Positions 56,734-64,000 of a DNA stretch of 64,000 nucleotides are shown here, in pieces. Source of the DNA: an uncultured Woeseia sp. (GTDB lineage: Bacteria; Pseudomonadota; Gammaproteobacteria; Steroidobacterales; Woeseiaceae); contig CAZVWF010000004.1 of assembly GCA_964630795.1 (NCBI GenBank), positions 1,182-65,181 of the forward strand. The letters are read 5' to 3'. Position numbers and translations under genes: made by a program. The stretch's first letter is position 1, and every line of letters begins with the position of its first letter. The notes beneath the pieces were generated by a model. It was not told the DNA's origin. It made no database searches and saw only the letters and a list, made by a program, of their open reading frames with translations.

Positions 56734-56832
56734 AAAGTTACGAAACAAAACCTTTGGGAGATTCAATTGTTTCGTATTTCATCCTGGCTGGGGTGTCCCC
56801 AGTGCAGAATAAAACCTACCTCACATGTTCCA
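56706..56832 (-). ncRNA. speculative minus-strand small RNA in the hydrolase/aldolase intergenic region
   Basis: Minus-strand TTGAAA (56867-56862), 17 nt, TAGGAT (56844-56839). Downstream are hairpins CUGGGG-ACA-CCCCAG and ACGAAACAA...UUGUUUCGU, then the UUCG/U7 terminator. There is no ORF. Confidence 0.25.
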
Positions 56833-56971
56833 GTCATGATCCTATGAAAACGTTTCCCAAGTTTCAATAACCTGGCCACAATTCTTGGCTATATACCCAA
56901 AATCGGGTTCCAGGCGTAACCGATCGGCAGACCAGTCGTATAATGGAAAAAACGCCTGAGGGGAGGCAAAA

Positions 56972-57742
56972 ATGAGCAATGCGGCGTCTGAATTATCCGT
57001 TAAGGAGCAGGTTTCCGAGGAGGAGTGGGAAACCCGCGTGAACCTGGCTGCCTGCTATCGCCTGATCGCGATGTTTGGCTGGGATGACCTCATCTTCACG
57101 CATATTTCCGCCCGGGTGCCGGGACCGGAGCACCACTTCCTGATCAACGCCTATGGGCTTCTATTCGACGAAATGACTGCATCGAGCCTGGTCAAGGTCG
57201 ATCTTGGCGGCGAGATCGTGCAGGACTCGCCGTACTTCATTAATCCGGCCGGCTTCACGATTCACAGTGCTGTACACGCGGCGCGCGAAGATGCCGGTTG
57301 CGTATTGCATACGCATACGCGTGCTGGCGTCGCCGTTTCCGCGCAAAAAGAAGGCCTGTTGCCAATATCGCAAATTGCGGCTGTCGCCAGTTCCGCATTG
57401 TCCTATCACGACTACGAAGGCATCGCATTAAACGAAGAAGAGAAACCACGCCTGGTGGCAGACCTGGGTGACAACAACTTCTTTATTCTGAGGAACCATG
57501 GCCTGCTGACTGTCGGCGAGACGATTCCGGATGCATTTCTCTATATGTATGCATTGGAAACCGCCTGCCAGATCCAGATCGGTGCACAGGCAGGCGGTGG
57601 GGAGTTGATCCGCGTTAATCAGCAGATTCTCGACGGCATCAAGGCAGCCGTCGAACAGGTGCTGAAAGGATTCGGCGGTGATCTGGCATGGCCGGGTTTA
57701 CTCAGGAAGCTTGATCGTCAGGATCCGTCCTACCGGGAGTAG
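56972..57742 (+). CDS. class II aldolase/adducin-family protein
   Basis: 256 aa with the metal-binding His cluster region CVLHTHTRAGVAVS. RBS GAGGGGAGG lies upstream. Confidence 0.75.
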   Translation: MSNAASELSVKEQVSEEEWETRVNLAACYRLIAMFGWDDLIFTHISARVPGPEHHFLINAYGLLFDEMTASSLVKVDLGGEIVQDSPYFINPAGFTIHSAVHAAREDAGCVLHTHTRAGVAVSAQKEGLLPISQIAAVASSALSYHDYEGIALNEEEKPRLVADLGDNNFFILRNHGLLTVGETIPDAFLYMYALETACQIQIGAQAGGGELIRVNQQILDGIKAAVEQVLKGFGGDLAWPGLLRKLDRQDPSYRE

Positions 57743-57906
57743 TGCGCGACCAATTTGAACGGCCTGATCTACAGGCCGGGAAATATCAGTAATGTAACCA
57801 CTGCGAAGATGCCGATATCCTGCACCCGGTCATTGAGTTTTGCCGCGCCCATGATTTCCTGAACTTTTCTGCCAGTCCGGCGCATCAAAGCGCGGCGTCT
57901 TAACGA

Positions 57907-59424
57907 TTACGCCAGGAACATCCTGTACGCAGGATTATCGCTTTCCTCAAAGTGTGAGTAGCCGAGATCGGCGAGATGCGCCCCGATCTCGTCAGACTTG
58001 TCTTCGGGTACCTGGATGCCTGCGAGTACACGGCCATGATCCGAGCCGTGATTTCGATAGTGGAACAGGCTGATGTTCCAGTCGGTACCGATCGCCTGCA
58101 GGAAGTCGAGCAGGGCACCCGGTCGTTCGGGGAATTCAAAGCGGAACAACCTTTCATTTTCAAGGTTGGCTGCACTACCGCCGACCATGTGGCGGATGTG
58201 CAGTTTCGCCATTTCGTCATCGCTCAGGTCAGCAACGAGGTAGCCGAGTGCAGACAGGTGATCGAGCAGTTCGGCGTGTTCCTCGGCGCCGCGTCGTAAC
58301 TGAACGCCCACGAAGATGTGTGCATTCTTTGCATCGTTATAGCGATAGTTGAACTCGGTGATGCCGCGACGACCCAATGCCTGACAGAATTTGCGGAAGC
58401 TGCCCGGCTCTTCCGGGATTTCAACAGCCAGCAACATCTCCTGCTGCTCACCGACCGCGGCACGTTCTGCAATGTGGCGTAAGCGATCGAAGTTGACGTT
58501 TGCGCCGCAATTGATCACGACGAATGCCTTGTCATTTTCTTCGTGTTCTGCAATGTACTTTTTCACACCCGCTACGGCGAGTGCACCGGCAGGCTCAACA
58601 ATTGAACGCGTGTCCTCGAAAATGTCCTTGATGCCGGCACAGATCTGGTCGGTATCCACGGTGACGATCTCGTCAACGAACCTGGAACAAAGTCGAAATG
58701 TCTCATCACCAACACGCTTTACTGCGACACCGTCGGCAAAGATACCCACATGATCTAGGGTGATCGGCCTGCCGGCTGCAATCGATTCACTCATGGCCGC
58801 GGAATCCTGGGGTTCCACTCCGATGATTTTCACGTCAGGGCGTTTTGCTTTTATATAGGTGGCAATACCCGCCATCAGGCCGCCGCCCCCGATGGGTACA
58901 AACACTGCTGCAACGTCGTCGCTCATCTGGTCGATGAGTTCCTTGCCGATCGTTCCCTGGCCGGCGATGACCGTCGGGTCGTCAAAGGGATGAATAAAGG
59001 TCAGGCCCTGCTCATCGACCAGTTCGCAGGCTCTTGCATAAGCCTCGTCGTAATTGTCACCATGCAGGATCACCTCCCCGCCGAGTGAAGCGACGGCATT
59101 CACTTTGATGGACGGTGTCGTCACCGGCATCACGATGATCGCTTTCGCGTTACGGCGCCGGGCCGCCAACGCCACGCCCTGGGCGTGGTTTCCCGCGGAG
59201 CTGCAAATGACCCCGGCGTCGATGGCCTCCTGCGGCAGGCTGGAGAGTTTGTTGTAGGCCCCTCGAAGCTTGAACGAGAATACAGGTTGCAGGTCCTCGC
59301 GTTTCATCAGGATGCGACAGCCCAGCCGCTTCGACAGGTTCGAAGCGATTTCCAGCGGCGACACCTTCGCGACATCATAGACGTCCGCGGCGTCGATCAA
59401 CTCGATGTAGTTATCAGCATGCAT
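57907..59424 (-). CDS. ilvA: biosynthetic threonine ammonia-lyase (threonine dehydratase)
   Basis: PLP-Lys motif FSFKLRGAYN. The 505-aa length includes a duplicated C-terminal regulatory domain. Confidence 0.92.
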   Translation of the reverse strand: MHADNYIELIDAADVYDVAKVSPLEIASNLSKRLGCRILMKREDLQPVFSFKLRGAYNKLSSLPQEAIDAGVICSSAGNHAQGVALAARRRNAKAIIVMPVTTPSIKVNAVASLGGEVILHGDNYDEAYARACELVDEQGLTFIHPFDDPTVIAGQGTIGKELIDQMSDDVAAVFVPIGGGGLMAGIATYIKAKRPDVKIIGVEPQDSAAMSESIAAGRPITLDHVGIFADGVAVKRVGDETFRLCSRFVDEIVTVDTDQICAGIKDIFEDTRSIVEPAGALAVAGVKKYIAEHEENDKAFVVINCGANVNFDRLRHIAERAAVGEQQEMLLAVEIPEEPGSFRKFCQALGRRGITEFNYRYNDAKNAHIFVGVQLRRGAEEHAELLDHLSALGYLVADLSDDEMAKLHIRHMVGGSAANLENERLFRFEFPERPGALLDFLQAIGTDWNISLFHYRNHGSDHGRVLAGIQVPEDKSDEIGAHLADLGYSHFEESDNPAYRMFLA

Positions 59425-59582
59425 GGGACGGGCAAGAGTAGCCTATCAGCAGGGTGGCGGTGAAGGTTTTGGGTGAATTCGATCCGGGTCGAATCTTCGG
59501 ACAACGGGAAGATTGAGCGTTCGAGATGCACCGGAGTCTCGTGTTGGAATAGCGAATTCGGTAGCAGGTCCAGGGACAGGAC

Positions 59583-60851
59583 ATGCCAGGAGAAATATCG
59601 AGCCGTAACGGGCATGCCGGATTGTTTCGGCCAGCCGCGTTGCGTGCTGCCGGATTTCGACTATTCGGTGACGTATGCATCGCTCTGCCGCCTGCTGCAA
59701 CGCTGTGCGCTGCAGTTGGAGCCACATCGATATCTCTTCTGGCGGCTGCGATGTGGTTCGTCGAAGTGCCGGTGCGAATCGTGGCAACAGGGATGCTGAT
59801 GCCGCCGGGCGGTCCCCTGAATGTGGTGGCGCCGGACACCGGGCAGGTAGGCGCGCTGTACGTACAGGAAGGCCAACGGGTTCATGTGGACGACGTTCTA
59901 CTCGAGGTTGCGGCACATGGACCAGAAACAAATACCGGCCGAAACGCGAAAGCGGAACTTCAATCCCTGCGCGAAGAATATCAACTGCTCGATGTGGTGA
60001 TCGGACAGCAGCGCGCCGTGTTCGATGAACGGCGGACGCGACTGGTTGAGGAGTTAAAGCTCGCGCAATCGCGTGTCGCGTACCGCGAGCGCCAGGTGGC
60101 TGACCACGAAGCGAAGCTCGCTGTTATCGCTGCAAGATTGTCCCGGTTGCGCGAGCTGTCGGCGGCAGGTCATGTGTCGAGAGACAGCGTTGATGTTGAA
60201 AGCCTGGGCCTGGCCGATGCACGTTCAGCCGCGATGTCGGCAAAGGCCGCGATGATCGAGTCACAATCTCAGCTCCGGAATCTGCAGAGTCGAGAAACCG
60301 AGATGGACCTGGAATTTGACCTGGTCGTCGCTGAGTACCTGTTGCGGCAGAAGCAACTGCTTCGGCAGATCAGCAAGCGCGAGATACTTGCGGTACACGA
60401 CGTGATTGCGCCCAGAGATGGAACGGTGGCGCAGATTTCAGTGACTTCCGGTTCGTCGGTGAGCAAGGGTCAGGTTGTCGCAAAGTTACTGGAGACTGAT
60501 GCGTCGCCCCACGCGTGGATGTACGTGTCGAGCGCGCGAGCGCGGCAGATGCGCGTCGGCGAGACCGTCGAACTGCAAATGGACGCCTGGCCGGCATCAC
60601 AGTACGGGACCCTGGAGGCCAGAGTAGAGTCAGTTTCCGGATTTGTCCTTCGCCCGGCGGATGTTCCTGCGCCAATTCCGATCACTGAACCGGTCTACGA
60701 AATCAGGGCATCGCTGGGCGATAAGAATGCCATAGGGATAAAACCAAACCCGGGGGCGACATTCACGGCACAGATCATCAGTCGACGATACCGCCTGTAT
60801 CAATGGCTGACACGACATCTCTACAACGCGACAAGCTCGACGAATGCGTAA
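59583..60851 (+). CDS. HlyD-family membrane fusion protein, CvaA-like (peptide/bacteriocin export)
   Basis: N-terminal ...LFRPAALRAAGFRLFG... and C-terminal ...RRYRLYQWLTRHLY... parallel E. coli CvaA (MFRQDALENRK..., ...RRIYQWMLSPFY...). The alternative TTG start at 59622 would give MFRPAAL. Confidence 0.75.
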   Translation: MPGEISSRNGHAGLFRPAALRAAGFRLFGDVCIALPPAATLCAAVGATSISLLAAAMWFVEVPVRIVATGMLMPPGGPLNVVAPDTGQVGALYVQEGQRVHVDDVLLEVAAHGPETNTGRNAKAELQSLREEYQLLDVVIGQQRAVFDERRTRLVEELKLAQSRVAYRERQVADHEAKLAVIAARLSRLRELSAAGHVSRDSVDVESLGLADARSAAMSAKAAMIESQSQLRNLQSRETEMDLEFDLVVAEYLLRQKQLLRQISKREILAVHDVIAPRDGTVAQISVTSGSSVSKGQVVAKLLETDASPHAWMYVSSARARQMRVGETVELQMDAWPASQYGTLEARVESVSGFVLRPADVPAPIPITEPVYEIRASLGDKNAIGIKPNPGATFTAQIISRRYRLYQWLTRHLYNATSSTNA

Positions 60852-62949
60852 ACGGAAATGGCCGCAGCGTCGCCGATCGGTACCGGTTGTCCTTCAGCAA
60901 GAGCGGTCGGAATGCGGTCTCGCCTGTTTGGCAATGGTGGCATCGACCATCGGATGCGATTGGTCGCTAACCCGGTTACGTCAGATGTCCGGCCCTGTTG
61001 CCCGTGGTGCCAGCCTGGAGCAGCTGCTGCGGTTGTCGCGCCAACTGGGTCTTGTCGCGAGACCGGTGAAGCTCCCGCTGAGCGACCTGCGCAAGCTGGC
61101 ATTGCCGGCCGTCCTGCATTGGCGAATGAATCACTATGTTGTACTGGTCCGGGTCCGCCGTCGGCAGGCCCTCATTCATGATCCGGCGATTGGAAGGCAG
61201 TGGGTTGCCATTAACGAACTCGATGCGTCGTTTACCGGAATTGCTCTTGGGTTACGCCGCAGCCCCGATTTCGTGCCCTGCGCCAGGGATACCGAAGCAG
61301 GCTTGTTCCGATTGATCCGTGGTATTGGCGACGTTCGGCAGTACCTGGCGACGGTCCTGCTTCTCGTGTTGGCGGGTCAACTGATGTCGCTTGCGCCGGC
61401 AGTGGTTACCCAGCTTTTGATTGATGAGGTGATACTCGGGCAAGCGGATCTCTGGTTGCAATGTGCACTCATCGGACTGACTGCAGTCCTCCTGAGCGGC
61501 ATTCTTCTGGATATGTTGCGGCGCTGGCTGACCTTGTATGCGGGTGCGAGGCTTGCCGTGGATACAACCTGCAATCTTGTCGCTCATCTGTTACGCGTGC
61601 CAGCTGAATTTATCCGGGACCGCCATCTCGGTGATGTCATGTCCAGGCTGGACTCGCTGGTTCCGCTACGCCAGGCAGTTACCGAGAAGGGGATCGATGT
61701 GGTCGCAAATGTCACAATGCTGTTCGTGACGCTCGCAGTCATGACGGTTTTCAGCACGGCACTGACACTGGTCTCGCTGATCGGTTTACTGGCGACATTC
61801 GCGTTACTGGGAGTGATGTTGCCGACGATGCAACAGCTCAACAATCGCCTCCTTGCACAACGTGCCGATGAGAGTACGTCTCTCATGGAATCCCTTCGCG
61901 CCTATGAGTCGATCCAGTCCCTCGGTCTTGCCGAGGTTCGGGGAACGCACTGGCAAAATCGATACTTCGCGTCGACGGATACCGCCTATCGCCTGGGAAA
62001 GCTGGAAATAACCAGGATGTCGCTCCTGGGTGTAATCGCTGGTGGCGAGCAGGTTGCCTTTCTTTTGATTGGAATCGCGGGTGCCATCGAGCAGAAGATC
62101 TCCATCGGCGTGTTGTTCGCGTTCATGAGCCTGCGTGGACGGTTTGCCAGCGCCGCGACACGCCTGGTCGAGGGATTTCATTTTTTCTCATTACTACGCG
62201 TACACGTGCGCCGTCTGGCCGATCTGACCTCCGTCGAATCGGAGAAGCCTGCCCCGGCTGGTGTCCTGACCACGGCATTGGTCGGCAAGCTTGAGGCCAG
62301 AAAGATGAACTTCGGTTTTTCGCCGGATACGCCGCTTGTCAGGAACTTCGAATGCCGCATCGCACCCGGAACGCATGTGGTGATAACGGGCCCCAGCGGT
62401 TGTGGCAAATCAACGCTCCTGAGGATCATGAGTGGCCAGTTGCAGCCAGGCTCGGGTCAATTCCTGGTCGACGACGTCGAGCTCGAACTGTGGGACCGTG
62501 CAGCCTATGTTCAGCAGATTGGTGTTGTCCTCCAGTCAGACCATCTCTTCCAGGGTACGATTGCCGAGAATATTGTCGGCTTTTCTGCCTGTCCTGACAT
62601 GGTGCGCGTGCGGCGCGCCGCCACGGCTGCGTCAGTCTGGGACGATATCCGACAAATGCCTATGCAAACCGAAACCCTGTTAGGTGACACAGGGTCCACG
62701 CTATCCGGTGGACAGGTTCAGCGCCTGGTCATTGCCCGAGCGCTTTATCGCGAGCCGAAGATCCTCTTCCTGGATGAAGCCACCAGCCAGCTTGATATCG
62801 ATACCGAAAATCGCGTGCTGGCGAATATCGGGAAGCTGGACATCACGGTCGTTAGCGTTGCACATCGCCCCGGCGCCATTGCAAAAGCTGCCCAGGTCAT
62901 TACGATCAGCGACCCGACCGTCAAATGCTGTCCGTCGCACCCGGAATAG
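60844..62949 (+). CDS. peptidase C39 domain-containing ABC exporter, CvaB-like
   Basis: C39 motifs QQERSECGLACLAMV (Cys24), NHYVVL (His) and IHDPA (Asp). Six-TM ABC exporter core. Walker A GPSGCGKSTL, signature LSGGQVQR, Walker B ILFLDEATS. There is an 8-nt overlap with the MFP gene. Confidence 0.88.
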   Translation: MRKRKWPQRRRSVPVVLQQERSECGLACLAMVASTIGCDWSLTRLRQMSGPVARGASLEQLLRLSRQLGLVARPVKLPLSDLRKLALPAVLHWRMNHYVVLVRVRRRQALIHDPAIGRQWVAINELDASFTGIALGLRRSPDFVPCARDTEAGLFRLIRGIGDVRQYLATVLLLVLAGQLMSLAPAVVTQLLIDEVILGQADLWLQCALIGLTAVLLSGILLDMLRRWLTLYAGARLAVDTTCNLVAHLLRVPAEFIRDRHLGDVMSRLDSLVPLRQAVTEKGIDVVANVTMLFVTLAVMTVFSTALTLVSLIGLLATFALLGVMLPTMQQLNNRLLAQRADESTSLMESLRAYESIQSLGLAEVRGTHWQNRYFASTDTAYRLGKLEITRMSLLGVIAGGEQVAFLLIGIAGAIEQKISIGVLFAFMSLRGRFASAATRLVEGFHFFSLLRVHVRRLADLTSVESEKPAPAGVLTTALVGKLEARKMNFGFSPDTPLVRNFECRIAPGTHVVITGPSGCGKSTLLRIMSGQLQPGSGQFLVDDVELELWDRAAYVQQIGVVLQSDHLFQGTIAENIVGFSACPDMVRVRRAATAASVWDDIRQMPMQTETLLGDTGSTLSGGQVQRLVIARALYREPKILFLDEATSQLDIDTENRVLANIGKLDITVVSVAHRPGAIAKAAQVITISDPTVKCCPSHPE

Positions 62950-63125
62950 CGCGGTGTCGATTGGTATTCGCAGAAAGAACAGTCCCGCTGGTGGCGTAGT
63001 CATCAATTCCCTGCTAAAAATCGAGCAGCGATCGCGGAAGGGCGATACGATGTGACACTCCGGGCTCCGGTCCGGGCGACGCACACTCTAATAAAGGGGC
63101 GCCTGCTTCCCGTCCAGCCGAAAAG

Positions 63126-64000
63126 ATGAATCAGCTACTTATTACCAATGCACGCCTCGTCAACGAGGGTGAAACCCGCGATGCAGATGTCCTGATTCGG
63201 GGCGATCGCATCGAGCAAATCGGCGCCGGTATTTCCATCGGCGATAATGTTGACGTACTCGATGCCAGGGGAAAGATGCTCTTGCCGGGCATGATTGACG
63301 ACCAGGTGCACTTCCGTGAGCCGGGTTTGACCAACAAGGGCGACCTGGCGACGGAGTCGGCAGCAGCCGTTGCCGGTGGCATCACCAGTTTCATGGACAT
63401 GCCCAACGTCAATCCGCAAACCACGACACGTGAGGCCTTGGCAGACAAGTACAGGATTGCCGAAGGTCGCTGTCGCGCGAACTACGGTTTTCACTTCGGT
63501 GCGACCAATCGAAACATCGAGGAGATCAAGGCGCTTCAGGTCGGCGAAGCGACCGGCATCAAGGCCTTCATGGGAGCCTCGACCGGTGACATGCTGGTGG
63601 ACGACCCCGAGGCGCTCGAACTGCTGTTCGAACACGCCCCAGTGATCGTCCTGACTCACTGCGAACACTCGCCGACAATCGGGGACAACGAAGCCAGGGC
63701 CAGGGCCGAGTTTGGCGAAGACGTGCCGATGTCGGAGCACCCGGCCATTCGCTCTGCCAATGCCTGCCTGTTGTCGTCCAGCCAGGCCCTGGATCTCGCT
63801 CGCAGGCATGATGCGCTGTTGCATGTTCTGCACCTGACGACGGCCATCGAGATGGGACTGTTCACGAGGGGTCATCGCAAGGACAAGCGCATTACAGCGG
63901 AGGTCTGCGTCCACCATCTGTGGTTTGATGAGAGCCGCTACAAGGACCTGGGGACACGCATCAAGTGCAACCCGGCCATCAAGAGCGTCTCGGATCGCGA
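63126..64000 (+). CDS. pyrC: dihydroorotase (amidohydrolase superfamily), 3' end cut by window edge
   Basis: ATG 63126. My own translation MNQLLITNARLVNEGETRDADVLIRGDRIEQIG...LLPGMIDDQVHFREPG...GITSFMDMPN remains open to nt 64000. It is absent from the ORF track because there is no stop inside the window. Confidence 0.8.
   Translation, partial: MNQLLITNARLVNEGETRDADVLIRGDRIEQIGAGISIGDNVDVLDARGKMLLPGMIDDQVHFREPGLTNKGDLATESAAAVAGGITSFMDMPNVNPQTTTREALADKYRIAEGRCRANYGFHFGATNRNIEEIKALQVGEATGIKAFMGASTGDMLVDDPEALELLFEHAPVIVLTHCEHSPTIGDNEARARAEFGEDVPMSEHPAIRSANACLLSSSQALDLARRHDALLHVLHLTTAIEMGLFTRGHRKDKRITAEVCVHHLWFDESRYKDLGTRIKCNPAIKSVSDR

Noticed and set aside
57769-57885. A 38-codon minus-strand ORF just downstream of ilvA, encoding a hydrophobic peptide (MRRTGRKVQEIMGAAKLNDRVQDIGIFAVVTLLIFPGL).
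   Set aside because: It has no RBS and is too short to evaluate. It overlaps a hairpin (57760-57778) that more simply serves as a terminator-like structure for the aldolase gene. It would need Ribo-seq or conservation evidence.
59473-59799. A Cys-rich 108-aa ORF starting upstream of, and overlapping, the cvaA-like gene. I considered it as a possible exporter cargo.
   Set aside because: It has no double-glycine leader. It overlaps the MFP gene by more than 200 nt in another frame, has a GTG start without an RBS, and is Arg/Cys-rich as expected for an off-frame GC-rich translation.
1-64000. A search for CRISPR arrays, tandem repeats, tRNA/rRNA genes, IS elements, integrases, toxin-antitoxin modules and recognisable defence genes.
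   Set aside because: None were seen. The intergenic spacers are short and contain only hairpins and promoter-like elements. No repeat-spacer periodicity or transposase or integrase motifs were found by eye. A tRNAscan, Infernal and defence-finder run would be the definitive check.

Overview
The window is a GC-rich, tightly packed bacterial chromosome segment. I count about 55 protein genes, many with 1-8 nt overlaps or near-zero gaps, including between convergent genes. The dsbA, cytochrome c4, engB, polA neighbourhood and the protein families point to a gammaproteobacterium. A marine oligotroph lineage is only a low-confidence guess. I found no rRNA, tRNA, CRISPR array, transposase or integrase.

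Content from left to right:
- 2-9120: a 7-gene uncharacterised catabolic operon (two CrtI-like flavoenzymes, a GcvT-like aminomethyltransferase, an NDP-forming acyl-CoA synthetase, an aldehyde dehydrogenase, a crotonase and an HDAC-like amidohydrolase).
- 9.2-18.1 kb: an envelope and housekeeping block (L,D-transpeptidase, lipoprotein DsbA, cytochrome c4, engB, polA, lptM-like, esterase, NRDE protein, nudC).
- 18160-19547: a divergent FlhC-like / FlhD-like regulator pair.
- 19.6-27.3 kb: a yadGH-type ABC exporter, an SRAP/YedK peptidase, a DAK2-DegV fusion, exeA-gspB and dinB.
- 27269-34473: ispA facing a complete lower mevalonate pathway that includes an HMG-CoA reductase::mevalonate kinase fusion, idi and HMG-CoA synthase.
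- 34.8-42.6 kb: fadE, mdh, an ECF sigma/anti-sigma pair, and a YtrA-type GntR plus ABC operon with a perfect 22-bp palindromic operator.
- 42.8-59.4 kb: a GGDEF-EAL sensor, gshA, two paralogous membrane-anchored unknowns, assorted redox and transport genes, and ilvA.
- 59583-62949: a CvaA/CvaB-like peptide exporter with an intact C39 protease domain and no visible cargo gene.
- From 63126: a 3'-truncated dihydroorotase.

The least expected signals are:
- a sigmaE/AlgU-type promoter driving a roughly 109-nt structured RNA downstream of polA;
- the FlhDC-like pair;
- the mevalonate island with its fusion gene;
- the cargo-less exporter;
- the catabolic operon.

All family calls come from motif recognition and remembered reference sequences. 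No database search was run, and coordinates of non-coding elements are anchored to ORF-track boundaries with an uncertainty of about 1 nt.
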